Shown piece by piece: positions 7,711 to 16,928 of a DNA stretch of 61,873 nucleotides (its first letter is position 1; each line of letters begins with the position of its first letter). The notes under the pieces are model-generated. The model had not been told where the DNA came from and searched no databases. It saw only the letters and a list, made by a program, of their open reading frames with translations. A program made the position numbers and the translations under genes. Source of the stretch: Dehalococcoidia bacterium (GTDB lineage: Bacteria; Chloroflexota; Dehalococcoidia; SM23-28-2; RBG-16-64-32); the NCBI GenBank assembly GCA_035542855.1, contig DATKKM010000062.1, positions 1 through 61,873 of the forward strand, given 5' to 3'.

Positions 7711-9221
7711 CCGCCCTGGCTCTCCACCGGGGCGCCTTCGCGCAACGCAACCAGGCCATCTGGATCTACGCCGCGCTCATTGCCTGCGTGCTCTTCCTGG
7801 GCCTCTGCTTTCTCGTCGCCGGTTTCGAGGTGTTCAGCATGGCCCTGGCGGCTGGCCTCGCCGTTCTGCTGTTCCTCTATCCCCGGCAGGGCCTGTACGG
7901 AGTCATATCCGTCTTCTGCATGGTGGAAGGCAGCAGCGGCTTTGTCTTTCTCCGCGACTTGACAGTCCTCTACGAAAGTCTCAGCGGTCTCTTCCACATT
8001 CACGGATTTCCCATCTCTACGTTGGACGTGGCCCTCGGCATCATCCTGCTCAGCGTGTTCAGCCGCCGCAAGGCAGCGGGCATGCGGGCCGGGGACCTGT
8101 TCTGGCCGTGGGCCCTGCTCTGCCTCGCCATCCTCCCGGGCATCCTGCGGGGCTTCTATGCTGGGGGGGACTATAACGTCGCCGTGCAGGAAGTCCGCTC
8201 GCTGTTCTACGTCCCGGTGATCTACCTGGCAGCGATCAACCTGCTCAAGGAGAGGCGTCATGTCCACGAATTCACCGCCGTGCTCGTTGGCGCGATTACG
8301 GTGATGTCGCTCAGCGCCCTCTGGGTGCAGTTCACAGTCATCCGCCCCGGCCACCTCAGGACCAGCGTGGACGTCGAGTTTCTCTCGCATGAGAACGCCC
8401 TCTTCGCTGCGATGGTCGTCCTGCTGGCCGCAGGCACGATCATCTGGGGCAAGGGTTCTCGTCTGCGCTTGCTGATGCTGATCCCCGGCGCCATCTCACT
8501 GGGCGGGTTGCTGGTGTTGAAACGGCGCGTCGGCCTCGTCGCCCTGGACTTCGGTCTCGTGTTGATGACGCTGGCCTTCATCAAGCAGAAGTGGCGGCTG
8601 GCGATCATCGTCATGCCAATCGTGTTGATAGTCGGCGGCGGCTACATAGGAGCCACCTGGAACGCCAATGGCTCGCTTGGCCAGCCCGCGCGCGCCGTGC
8701 GCGCGATCATGGGCGACAACTCGGACTCCGAGGACGTCTCATCCAACACCTACCGTGAGGCCGAAGCGTTCAACGTAGAGTGGAACATTCGTGAGAATCC
8801 CATCCTGGGCTCGGGATTCGGCAAGGAGTACGTCTTCGTGCGTCCGGTGCCGGACCTCACGGGATTCTGGTCGTTCCAGCACTTCACCCCGCACAACTCC
8901 GTACTGGCGATCTGGATGAACGGCGGGATCGTGCCGTTTGTCCTGCTCCTTGGCGCCTTCGGTCACGCCATGATGAAGGGAATGGCCACGGCCAGGCGGG
9001 AGGTGGAACCGCTGTTGCGCGCCTGGGGCCTGGTGGCCGCGTGCACGATACCGATGGTGTTCTTGTTCGGCTGGGAAGACCTGGGCCTGAACTCCGCCCG
9101 GACCTTGTCCGTGCTAGCCGTCGCCCTGGCCATGATCACGGTCGTCGGGACGGTAGGCCAGTCAGAGGGGCCGAAGACGGTCGCGCCCGTGCCCGCGCTG
9201 CTCAAGCGAGGGGCGCCCTAG
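7707..9221 (+). CDS. Wzy-like O-antigen/EPS polymerase (O-antigen ligase family membrane protein)
   Basis: About 10-12 predicted TM helices, with a large loop and a PHNSVLAIWMNGGIVPF block typical of Wzy_C. Confidence 0.7.
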   Translation: MTALALHRGAFAQRNQAIWIYAALIACVLFLGLCFLVAGFEVFSMALAAGLAVLLFLYPRQGLYGVISVFCMVEGSSGFVFLRDLTVLYESLSGLFHIHGFPISTLDVALGIILLSVFSRRKAAGMRAGDLFWPWALLCLAILPGILRGFYAGGDYNVAVQEVRSLFYVPVIYLAAINLLKERRHVHEFTAVLVGAITVMSLSALWVQFTVIRPGHLRTSVDVEFLSHENALFAAMVVLLAAGTIIWGKGSRLRLLMLIPGAISLGGLLVLKRRVGLVALDFGLVLMTLAFIKQKWRLAIIVMPIVLIVGGGYIGATWNANGSLGQPARAVRAIMGDNSDSEDVSSNTYREAEAFNVEWNIRENPILGSGFGKEYVFVRPVPDLTGFWSFQHFTPHNSVLAIWMNGGIVPFVLLLGAFGHAMMKGMATARREVEPLLRAWGLVAACTIPMVFLFGWEDLGLNSARTLSVLAVALAMITVVGTVGQSEGPKTVAPVPALLKRGAP

Positions 9222-9223
9222 CC

Positions 9224-10222
9224 TTGCCTCCCACAATCAGCGTGGTCATCCCCACGTACAACCGCTGCCGCAGCCTCCAGCGCTGCCTTGATTCGCTGCG
9301 CGGCCAGGCGGACGCACCTCTGTTCGAGGTCGTTGTCGTTGACGACGGCTGCACGGACGGCACGCGCGAGATGCTGGCCGCCTACACGGCGCCCTTTCCG
9401 CTGCGCTGGATTGCCTCTGAACGCGGCGGACCCGGCGCCGCCCGCAACCTGGGCGTGGCCAGCGCGCAGGCCCCCCTGGTCCTCTTTCTGGACGACGATT
9501 GCGAGGCGGACGCCCGCCTACTCTCCCGGCACGCCGCCGCGCACCGCACCATAGAACGCGCGGTGATCATCGGGCCGATGGTGCGCCCCGCGCGCGGACG
9601 CCGCCGCTCCTGGGTGCTCTGGGAGCAGGAGGTGCTGGACAAGCAGTACCGCGCGATGATGGAGGGCCTCTACCAGCCCACGCCGCGCCAGTTCTACACG
9701 GCCAACGCCTCCATGTCCCGCGCCGAGTTCCTGGACGCCGGCGGCTTCGACTCCGCGTTCAAGCGCGCGGAGGATGTCGAGTTCGGTTACCGGCTGTGGG
9801 ATGCAGGTGTGCGCTTCGCCTTCCACCCCGGCGCCGTTGTGACGCATTACGCTGAGCGCAGCCTGGCCGCCTGGTGGAAAGTGCCGTACCAGTACGGCAT
9901 ATACGACGTCCGCATGTGGCGGGACAAGGGACGCCGCGGCATGCTGGACCTGATCCGCCACGAGTTCCCGAAGCGCAACTCGCTGCTGCGTTCCGTGGTC
10001 CGCTTCGCGGCCGGCCACGAGCGAAGGTCGCGCGCCGTCGCCGGCGCTGCGCTGGCCGTGGCCGCCGCCACCGGGGAGATGGGCGTATTCCGTATCGCGC
10101 GGCCGTGTTACAGCGTGGCCTTCAACTTGATGTACTACCAGGGTGTCGCCGAGGAACTGGGCACGGACGCCATCTTCCGCTCGCTGATTGGCGGGAGGGC
10201 CGTTGACATAACTCCCCCGTAG
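9224..10222 (+). CDS. Glycosyltransferase family 2
   Basis: ISVVIPTYNRCRSLQRCLDSL...VVVVDDGCTDGT...LDDDC. TTG at 9224 is the first start after the Wzy stop. The ORF-track 9041 start overlaps Wzy and is rejected. Confidence 0.8.
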   Translation: MPPTISVVIPTYNRCRSLQRCLDSLRGQADAPLFEVVVVDDGCTDGTREMLAAYTAPFPLRWIASERGGPGAARNLGVASAQAPLVLFLDDDCEADARLLSRHAAAHRTIERAVIIGPMVRPARGRRRSWVLWEQEVLDKQYRAMMEGLYQPTPRQFYTANASMSRAEFLDAGGFDSAFKRAEDVEFGYRLWDAGVRFAFHPGAVVTHYAERSLAAWWKVPYQYGIYDVRMWRDKGRRGMLDLIRHEFPKRNSLLRSVVRFAAGHERRSRAVAGAALAVAAATGEMGVFRIARPCYSVAFNLMYYQGVAEELGTDAIFRSLIGGRAVDITPP

Positions 10223-10244
10223 CGAACTGTTTCCCCACGCGGAA

Positions 10245-10261
10245 TCAACCGTGAATCAACG
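10245..10261 (+). promoter_or_regulatory. Two direct hexamer repeats at 11-bp period upstream of the GT4 operon
   Basis: TCAACCgtgaaTCAACG, at -81/-70 from ATG 10326. Confidence 0.45.
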
Positions 10262-10325
10262 GACAAACCTTAATCTTCTATTGGAAGTTGCGAGCAGCGG
10301 ACACGACATAATGAGCGGAGAACGT

Positions 10326-11480
10326 ATGGTACTCGAGAACGGACACAGGCGCCCACCCTGGCAGGTCGGCTTTGTGATGGAGCAGACCCTCGGCCACCGC
10401 AGCCACACGCAAACGCTCGGCTGGGGCGTCGAAAACGACAACGAGCTGGAGGCCGACTGGTCGAACGTCGAGTTCGAGTCGCAGGGGCTGCCCTGGTCGC
10501 TGCCCGTCGTTTCGAGCAACTGGAGCGTGCGCGGGAGCCTGAAGGCGATCAGCCCGCTCCGCCGGGCGGTTGCCGGGCAGTTCGACGCGCTGTTCATTCA
10601 CACGATCACCATCAGCCTCTTCGCCGGTAAGTACATGGACCGCGTGCCCACCGTCCTTTCGGCCGATGCCACGCCCGAAAACTACGACCAGGTCGGCTCC
10701 TGGTACGGGCACAAGAAGCGCCCCCGCCCGATCGAGTACCTCAAGCGCCGGATGCGCCGCCGCGTCTTTCGCAAGGCTGCTGCCATCATCACGTGGTGCC
10801 ACTGGGCCGAAGACTCGTTGATCACTGACTACGGGGTGGACCGGGAGCGCATCCACGTCATCGCGCCCGGCGCCGCCATCGACATGTTCCCGTTCGGCGC
10901 AGAGCGGCACGTCAACGGTAGCGGCCGCCCTGTGAAGCTGCTCTTTGTCGGCGGCGACTTCCACCGCAAGGGCGGTGAGGTCCTGCTGAAGGTGCACCGC
11001 GCGGCCCTGCGAGGCCGCACAGAGCTGCACCTGGTGACCCAGGAAGACGTGCCGCCCGAAGACGGCGTCTTCGTCTACCGCGGCGTAGGCTCCAACTCGC
11101 CGGAGCTGCTCTCGCTCTACCGCGACGCGGACGTCTTCGTCCTGCCGACGCTGGGCGACTGCTTCCCGGTCGTGCTGGGCGAGGCCATGGCCGCCGGCCT
11201 GCCGATCGTGACGACGGATGTCGGCGCGCTGCCTGAGGCCGTGAAGCACGGCGATAACGGCTTCGTCGTCCCGGCCGGCGACGACGTGGCGCTGGCCTCC
11301 GCCCTCAACGTGCTGGTGGAGAACAAGGAGCTGCGGGTGCAGATGGGGCTCGCCGGCCGCCGCCTGGCCGAGGAGATGTACGACAGCAAGGTGAACGCCC
11401 AGCGCGTGATAGACGTGCTGAAGGGCGTCTGCCGCGACCGCCAGCGCTCGGAATCGGACGCGGTAACCGCGGGCCGATGA
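10326..11480 (+). CDS. Glycosyltransferase family 4 (GT-B, Glycos_transf_1)
   Basis: FVLPTLGDCFPVVLGEAMAAGLPIVTTDVGALPEAVKHGDNGFVV. ATG 10326 has GGAG 6 nt upstream. The ORF-track GTG 10251 would sit inside a TCAACC repeat. Alternative start: 10311. Confidence 0.8.
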   Translation: MVLENGHRRPPWQVGFVMEQTLGHRSHTQTLGWGVENDNELEADWSNVEFESQGLPWSLPVVSSNWSVRGSLKAISPLRRAVAGQFDALFIHTITISLFAGKYMDRVPTVLSADATPENYDQVGSWYGHKKRPRPIEYLKRRMRRRVFRKAAAIITWCHWAEDSLITDYGVDRERIHVIAPGAAIDMFPFGAERHVNGSGRPVKLLFVGGDFHRKGGEVLLKVHRAALRGRTELHLVTQEDVPPEDGVFVYRGVGSNSPELLSLYRDADVFVLPTLGDCFPVVLGEAMAAGLPIVTTDVGALPEAVKHGDNGFVVPAGDDVALASALNVLVENKELRVQMGLAGRRLAEEMYDSKVNAQRVIDVLKGVCRDRQRSESDAVTAGR

Positions 11481-12385
11481 AAGCTCTCGTCACCGGCGGC
11501 GCGGGCTTCCTCGGCAGCCACCTCGTCGACGCGCTCGTCTCCCGCGGCGACACCGTCACTGTCCTCGATAACTTCCGGCGCGGCAAGCGGGCCCACCTCG
11601 CAGCGCACCTGGAGAGCGGGTCGATAACGCTGGTCGAAGGCGACATCCGGGAGTACGACGCCGTGCAGGCAGTGAGTGAAGGCGCGGAGGTGATCTACCA
11701 CCTCGCCGCGCAATCCAACGTCATGGGCGCGGTGGAAGACCGCGAGTATTCCTTCACTAGCAACGTCGTCGGGACGTTCAACGTCCTCCAGGCCGCCGCC
11801 GAGCGCGGTGTGCGCCGGATCGTCTTCTCCTCTTCCCGCGAGGTCTACGGCGAACCGGACACGCTGCCGGTCTCCGAGGAGGCGCCGCTGCGGGCCAAGA
11901 ACCCCTACGGCGCCAGCAAAGTGGCCGGCGAGGTCTACTGCCGCACGTGGCAGCGCTCCACGGGTGTGGAGTGCCAGGTCCTGCGCTTCGCCAACCTCTA
12001 CGGCCCCCGCGACAGAGACCGCGTGATCCCCATGTGGCTTCAGCGCGCCCTGGAGGGCCAGGAGCTGCGCCTCTACGGTGGCCAGCAGGTTCTGGACTTC
12101 CTCTGGGTGGAGCACGCCGTGAACGCTCTCCTGGCAGCCGCCGAGTGCAGCGTGAACGGCCCGATCAACGTCGGCAGCGGGCAGGGCGTACCGCTGCGCG
12201 AGCTGGCGGACCGCATCCTCAACCTCACCGCCAGCAACTCGCAGATGCAGTGCGAACCGGCGCGCGGCGTCGAGGTCGTGCGCTTCGTAGCTGACGTGCA
12301 CAAGATGCGGGAGGTGCTGGGCGTTGAGCCGCCGGCGGACCCGCTGGCCGGCCTTGCGCCGATGGCCGCCTCCCTCGCAAACTGA
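11477..12385 (+). CDS. NAD-dependent nucleotide-sugar 4-epimerase (GalE-like SDR)
   Basis: TGGAGFLGSHL and YGASKVAGE (YxxxK). The ATGA overlap with the upstream GT indicates translational coupling. Confidence 0.75.
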   Translation: MKALVTGGAGFLGSHLVDALVSRGDTVTVLDNFRRGKRAHLAAHLESGSITLVEGDIREYDAVQAVSEGAEVIYHLAAQSNVMGAVEDREYSFTSNVVGTFNVLQAAAERGVRRIVFSSSREVYGEPDTLPVSEEAPLRAKNPYGASKVAGEVYCRTWQRSTGVECQVLRFANLYGPRDRDRVIPMWLQRALEGQELRLYGGQQVLDFLWVEHAVNALLAAAECSVNGPINVGSGQGVPLRELADRILNLTASNSQMQCEPARGVEVVRFVADVHKMREVLGVEPPADPLAGLAPMAASLAN

Positions 12386-12394
12386 GGGCGCGCC

Positions 12395-13519
12395 ATGGTC
12401 AAAGTGCTGGCCCTCATCACGACGAACGACTGGCGCGCCGGCCGCGCGGACGTAGAAGCGGGCCTCTCACCCCGCAAGGACTACCTGGAGCTGGCGGCCG
12501 CCCTCGGCGCCGATATCCTCGACCTCTCCGACGTTGGCCGCAGCCGCACAGCGCAGCTCTTTGACCGCGCACTCCGCCGCGGCGCCGGCCTGGCCTGGCT
12601 CGCATCTCGCGTGCAGTCCGAGTACGACGTCATCTTCTCCGACGGCGAGCACATCGGGCTACCTCTGGCCGCGATCCTCGCGCGAAAGAAGCGGCGGCCG
12701 CGCCACGTGATGATCGGCCACTGGCTCTCGCCCTGGCGGAAGCGCCAGCTCGCGCGATTCGCCCGCGGCGGAATCGATGCTCTCATCGTGCACTCGCCGA
12801 TGCAGCGCAACTTCGCGACGAGCGAGCTCAAGTTCGCCGAACGCAGGGTGCACCTCGTGCCCTACCAGGTGGACGCCGGTTTCTGGGGTGCCCGGCCCGC
12901 CGCAGCCTCTGAGCCGCTCGTCGTGAGCTGCGGCCTGGAGCAGCGGGACTACGACACGCTGCTCAGCGCGATCGACGGCGTGCCTGTCAGTCTCACGATT
13001 GCCGCGGCGAGCCACTGGTCGCGCTCCCGCAACCGCCCGCGCGAGGCGCTGCCTGCCAACGTCACCGCCGGCAGCTTCGACTACGTAGCTCTGCGCGATC
13101 TGTACAGCCATTCGCGCTTCGTCGTGGTGCCGCTTCTGCCGACGGACTTCCAGGCCGGCATCACCACCGTCCTGGAGGCCATGGCGGCGGGCAAGGCCGT
13201 CATCGCGACGCGCACGCCGGGCCAGCAGGACGCGCTGGTGGGCCCCCTCTGGACCGCCGCGGCCACGTCCTGGCCGGAATCCGGCCCTGCGATCGAGAAC
13301 GCCAGCGGCATCTACGTGCCGCCGCAGGACCCCGGCGCGCTGCGATCCGCGATGCGCTACGTCTTCGAACGTCCGGACGTCGCGCTGGCCCTCGGCGCCA
13401 ACGGCAAGCGCTCCACTCAAGGCGGCCTGGAGCGCTACGTCGCCGCGCTGGCGTCGCTGATCGATCCTGGCCGCGAATCGGCTGGGGCCACGCCCGCGCT
13501 GCAGACGGCGGGGCGCTGA
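12395..13519 (+). CDS. Glycosyltransferase, GT-B fold (GT4-like)
   Basis: C-terminal block VVPLLPTDFQAGITTVLEAMAAGKAVIATRTPGQQD. Confidence 0.65.
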   Translation: MVKVLALITTNDWRAGRADVEAGLSPRKDYLELAAALGADILDLSDVGRSRTAQLFDRALRRGAGLAWLASRVQSEYDVIFSDGEHIGLPLAAILARKKRRPRHVMIGHWLSPWRKRQLARFARGGIDALIVHSPMQRNFATSELKFAERRVHLVPYQVDAGFWGARPAAASEPLVVSCGLEQRDYDTLLSAIDGVPVSLTIAAASHWSRSRNRPREALPANVTAGSFDYVALRDLYSHSRFVVVPLLPTDFQAGITTVLEAMAAGKAVIATRTPGQQDALVGPLWTAAATSWPESGPAIENASGIYVPPQDPGALRSAMRYVFERPDVALALGANGKRSTQGGLERYVAALASLIDPGRESAGATPALQTAGR

Positions 13520-14715
13520 TGGCCGGCTTCGTCGCCCTGCCGTTCTGGGCCGCCGGGTTGGTGGCCGGCGCTTCGTCCCTCTACGCGGCGTCGCTCACCA
13601 TCTCCGCGGCGGTGCAGAGGCCGCGCCGCAAGGCGGCTGTCCAGCCGCTCACGCCACGGACGCGCTTCGCCGTCCTCGTCCCCGCGCACAACGAGTCGCT
13701 GCTCATCCGCCGGACGCTGCGCAGCCTCCAATCGCTCGACTACCCGCGCGGTCTTGCCGACATCTACGTGATCGCCGACAACTGCGATGACGATACGGCA
13801 CAGATCGCCCGTTCCTGCGGTGTGCAGGTGCTGGAGCGCCACGACCTGGAGCGCCGGGGCAAGGGCTATGCCCTCGACTGGGCTCTCGGCCAGATCGCGC
13901 TCTCGGACTACGACGCCGTCGCCATGTTCGACGCCGACACAGTGGCCGGCAGCGGCTTCCTGCGGGCGATGGACGCCCGCCTGGCCGGCGGAGCGGAGGC
14001 GGTCCAGGGCTACTACGCCGTCCTCCACCCAGAGTCCACCGCAGAGGCCCTGCGCTCCATCTCGTTCGCGCTGATGCACTACGTGAGGCCGTTGGGCAAG
14101 GAGCCATTCCGCGGGTCGTGCGGGCTGAAGGGCAACGGCATGGCCTTCTCAGTGCGCCTTCTGCAGGAGGTCGGCTGGAAGTCGTTCTCCGTGGTCGAGG
14201 ACGCCGAGCAGGGGTTGCGCATCGTCGATGCCGGGCACCGCGTGGAGTTCGCGCCCGAGGCCCGCATCGAAGGCGAGATGCCGGGCTCCCTGCGTGGCGC
14301 GCGCACCCAGAACCTGCGCTGGGAGGCCGGCCGCTGGATGGTGGCGCGGCGCTCGTCGCTGCCGCTGCTGGCCAGGGGGCTGCGGCGCCGTTCACTCGCC
14401 GCCATCGATGCCGCACTTGAGCCGATGGTGCCGCCGCTATCAGTGGTCGTGGCGCTGGGCGCCGTGAGCGCGCTGGGCGGCTTCCTGCTGGGGAGCCAGG
14501 CGCTGGCCGCGCTGGGCCTCGCCAGCCTGGCAGGCGTGGCTCTGCACGTTATTGGGGGGATGATGGTGGCGGGCGTCCCGCCTAAGGCATGGCGGGCCCT
14601 TCTGGCAGCTCCGCTCTACCTCGCCTGGAAAGTGGCTCTCTACGCGCAGGCACTGTTGGGCGTTGGCGCCCGGCGCTGGGTACGGACCCCGAGGACGACG
14701 AGCCCCGAGGAGTAG
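13519..14715 (+). CDS. Membrane-embedded GT2 synthase-like glycosyltransferase (Glyco_tranf_2_3 type)
   Basis: N-terminal TM, VLVPAHNESLLIRRTL, YVIADNCDDDT, MFDADT, QNLRWEAGRW (QxxRW-like), and 3-4 C-terminal TM helices. TGATG overlap with the upstream gene. Confidence 0.75.
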   Translation: MAGFVALPFWAAGLVAGASSLYAASLTISAAVQRPRRKAAVQPLTPRTRFAVLVPAHNESLLIRRTLRSLQSLDYPRGLADIYVIADNCDDDTAQIARSCGVQVLERHDLERRGKGYALDWALGQIALSDYDAVAMFDADTVAGSGFLRAMDARLAGGAEAVQGYYAVLHPESTAEALRSISFALMHYVRPLGKEPFRGSCGLKGNGMAFSVRLLQEVGWKSFSVVEDAEQGLRIVDAGHRVEFAPEARIEGEMPGSLRGARTQNLRWEAGRWMVARRSSLPLLARGLRRRSLAAIDAALEPMVPPLSVVVALGAVSALGGFLLGSQALAALGLASLAGVALHVIGGMMVAGVPPKAWRALLAAPLYLAWKVALYAQALLGVGARRWVRTPRTTSPEE

Positions 14716-15871
14716 GCGCCACGCGCGCCTCGGCGGCCGGCAGCACAACCGTGAACCGCGCGCCTGTCGGCTCGGCATCCGTGAGGCTGACCGTCCCGCC
14801 GTGCGCCAGGACGAGCTGCCGCACAAGGTAGAGCCCCAGGCCAAACCCGCGAGCTGTCGTGCCCGGTACGCGGAAGAACTGCTGGAAGACCTGTTCCCTG
14901 TAGGCTCTGGGAACGCCCGGTCCCTGGTCCTCGACCTCCAGCACAAGGCTGGCCTTTCCGCGGTGGAAGCGCACAGTGACGAGCGAGCCATTCGGTGAGT
15001 AGGCGATTGCGTTGGACAGCAGGTTCTTGAGGATGATCCGCAGCTTGCCATCGTCCACTGGGGCCACCAGGGGCCCCTCGCCCATCACTTCGATGTGATG
15101 AGACTGGCGCGGCCCGCTGAACTCAGCGATCACTTCCGAGACGAGCCGCGGGATATCGCTGGGCCGGACGTTGATGTTGACGCTGCCGTTCTGAACTCGC
15201 GCCACTTCGATGAACTCTTCCAGGAACCCGCTGAGGTCTAGTGACCGGCGATGGATCGTCTCGACAAGCTGCAAGCGCTCGGACTCGGAGATGTCAGGCT
15301 CCATCGCCAGCTCCGAGGCCGAGACCAGCATCGTCAGCGGGCGGCGCAGCTCGTGGAAGATGAGGGACAGCCGCTCGGAGTCCTGCTCCACAGTCTTGTC
15401 GATCGCCTTCTGGTGCAGCCGGGGCCTGGCGATGAGCCGGCGCGAGAGCACCACCGCAGGCACCACGAGAGCCAGCGAGATGGCGAGCGAATGAACGTCG
15501 AATATGACGCGACCCAGCATCGACGCCGCCGCCAGCCCGCTGCCCGTGACGGCGAGCAACGTCACGAGGAACGCGGCTGTGAGCGCGCAGCCGATGCCCA
15601 GGGCCAGCGTGCTCCGCGCGCTGGAGCTCCAGTGCACCCGCGATTGCAGTGCCTGCTCGACATGTTCTGCCGCCAGCAGCGCGGTGAAGAAGAACGCCAC
15701 GTGCGCCAGCACAAGCACCGGGTCCGGGACGAACCAGCTTCCCACGAGCGTTGATGCGGTCAGTCCCGCCGCCGTAGCAGCGGCCAGCCCGACGACGTCC
15801 GCGGCCCTGGGTGAGGCCGAGCCGGAGGATCGCCGGGAGCCAAACGCACCCAGCTTGTTATGGAGCTCCAT
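14582..15871 (-). CDS. Membrane sensor histidine kinase
   Basis: About 5 TM helices with no obvious extracytoplasmic domain. H-box FHELRRPLT, N-box LKNLLSNAI, G-boxes DQGPGV and GFGLGLYL. The ATG at 15871 overlaps the upstream stop (TGATG). The low-complexity C-terminal tail overlaps the convergent GT2 gene by 134 nt. Confidence 0.85.
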   Translation of the reverse strand: MELHNKLGAFGSRRSSGSASPRAADVVGLAAATAAGLTASTLVGSWFVPDPVLVLAHVAFFFTALLAAEHVEQALQSRVHWSSSARSTLALGIGCALTAAFLVTLLAVTGSGLAAASMLGRVIFDVHSLAISLALVVPAVVLSRRLIARPRLHQKAIDKTVEQDSERLSLIFHELRRPLTMLVSASELAMEPDISESERLQLVETIHRRSLDLSGFLEEFIEVARVQNGSVNINVRPSDIPRLVSEVIAEFSGPRQSHHIEVMGEGPLVAPVDDGKLRIILKNLLSNAIAYSPNGSLVTVRFHRGKASLVLEVEDQGPGVPRAYREQVFQQFFRVPGTTARGFGLGLYLVRQLVLAHGGTVSLTDAEPTGARFTVVLPAAEARVAPTPRGSSSSGSVPSAGRQRPTVPARREPLSRRGRAELPEGPAMP

Positions 15872-16677
15872 CAGCGGCCGGGCCGGGACGCCTCCAACGC
15901 CCCTCTTACGAAGACCCTGGAGAGAAAAGCAGCATCCCTGGCGTATCTCGTCGCCAGGCGCCGCGGCTCCTGGTACAGGCGGTAGAGCCACTCTACGCCG
16001 GCGCTCTGCACCCAGCCCGGCGCGCGTGACACGCCGCCGGCCAGCACGTCCAGGACGCAGCCGACGCCCACCGCGAGCGATGCGTTGAGCGCGTGCTTGT
16101 TATCGGCCAGCCAGAGGTCCTGCTTGGGGCAGCCCAGTGCCACCAGCACGGCGTCCGCCGCCGAAGTGTTGATCGCCGAGATCATGCGCTCGTTCTCGCC
16201 GGCCGGGAAGGGGTAAGCGCTCTCCGGGGGCGAATACACGCCCGCGATGCTCACCGCCGGATGGCGCCTGCGTACTCGCGCCGCCGCTTCAGCGGCGACG
16301 CCCGGCGCCGCGCCCAGGAAGAACAGCGAGATGCCCTCCGAGACAGAGAGACGGATCAGGCTCTCGGTCAGGTCGTGCCCAGTTATGCGCCGGCCCACGC
16401 GCGCACCGCGCAGCTTCATCGCCCAGACAAGCGGCATCCCGTCCGGGACGACCAGAGAGGCGTCTTCGATCACCTGCTGCAGGCGTGGATTGGACGCGGC
16501 CGACCGCAGGTAGTTGGCGTTGACTGTGATGACGTGGTGTGGGCCCGGCCGCCGCAGCAGCGGGCGCAGCAGGTCATCCACGCCCGCCGATTCGATGGCG
16601 TCGATGCGTATCCCGCCGAGCGCGAGCTGCGGGTACCTGTCTAGCGGCAGAGATGCTGCAGTGTGCGTCATGGCCAT
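15871..16677 (-). CDS. WecB/TagA/CpsF-family glycosyltransferase (GT26)
   Basis: VITVNANYLRSAASNPRLQQVIEDASLVVPDGMPLVWA...FFLGAAPGVA...GCPKQDLW. Confidence 0.85.
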   Translation of the reverse strand: MAMTHTAASLPLDRYPQLALGGIRIDAIESAGVDDLLRPLLRRPGPHHVITVNANYLRSAASNPRLQQVIEDASLVVPDGMPLVWAMKLRGARVGRRITGHDLTESLIRLSVSEGISLFFLGAAPGVAAEAAARVRRRHPAVSIAGVYSPPESAYPFPAGENERMISAINTSAADAVLVALGCPKQDLWLADNKHALNASLAVGVGCVLDVLAGGVSRAPGWVQSAGVEWLYRLYQEPRRLATRYARDAAFLSRVFVRGALEASRPGR

Positions 16678-16767
16678 GATCTGCGGGAAGAGTAACGACG
16701 GCTATGCCGCCTGACGCCGAGAGTTCCGCTGCATGGGCTCAACCGTCAACGCGGCCGCGTTGGCGGT

Positions 16768-16801
16768 GGACACTCCCCAGCGTTGCCCCCGGACACTCCC
16801 C
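16768..16801. promoter_or_regulatory. Direct repeat GGACACTCCCC x2 (23-bp period) upstream of the GT26-HK operon
   Basis: Copies at 16768-16778 and 16791-16801, in the 250-bp intergenic region upstream of 16677. Confidence 0.3.
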
Positions 16802-16928
16802 CCCGGATTGGTCTGATATAACGAAGGTAGCGGTCTTCTGGTGGTTCGCGCATCGGCAGATTATGCGGTTAGTCCTCCGAAGAACGGACTAGTCCACATG
16901 ACTTAGATCATTTACGGTAGTCGTTCGC

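Noticed and set aside
9041-9223. ORF-track 5' extension of the GT2 gene, overlapping the Wzy-like gene by 181 nt.
   Set aside because: The extension is Arg/Gly/Pro-rich, and the conserved GT2 N-terminus (ISVVIPTYN) begins right after the Wzy stop. A TTG at 9224 or a GTG at 9242 gives a normal-length protein.
16871-16895. Small hairpin TAGTCC-N10-GGACTA downstream of the GT75 gene, and the shared GGACTAGTC string at 53925.
   Set aside because: The stem is only 6 bp with no U-tract, and a shared 9-mer is within chance expectation.
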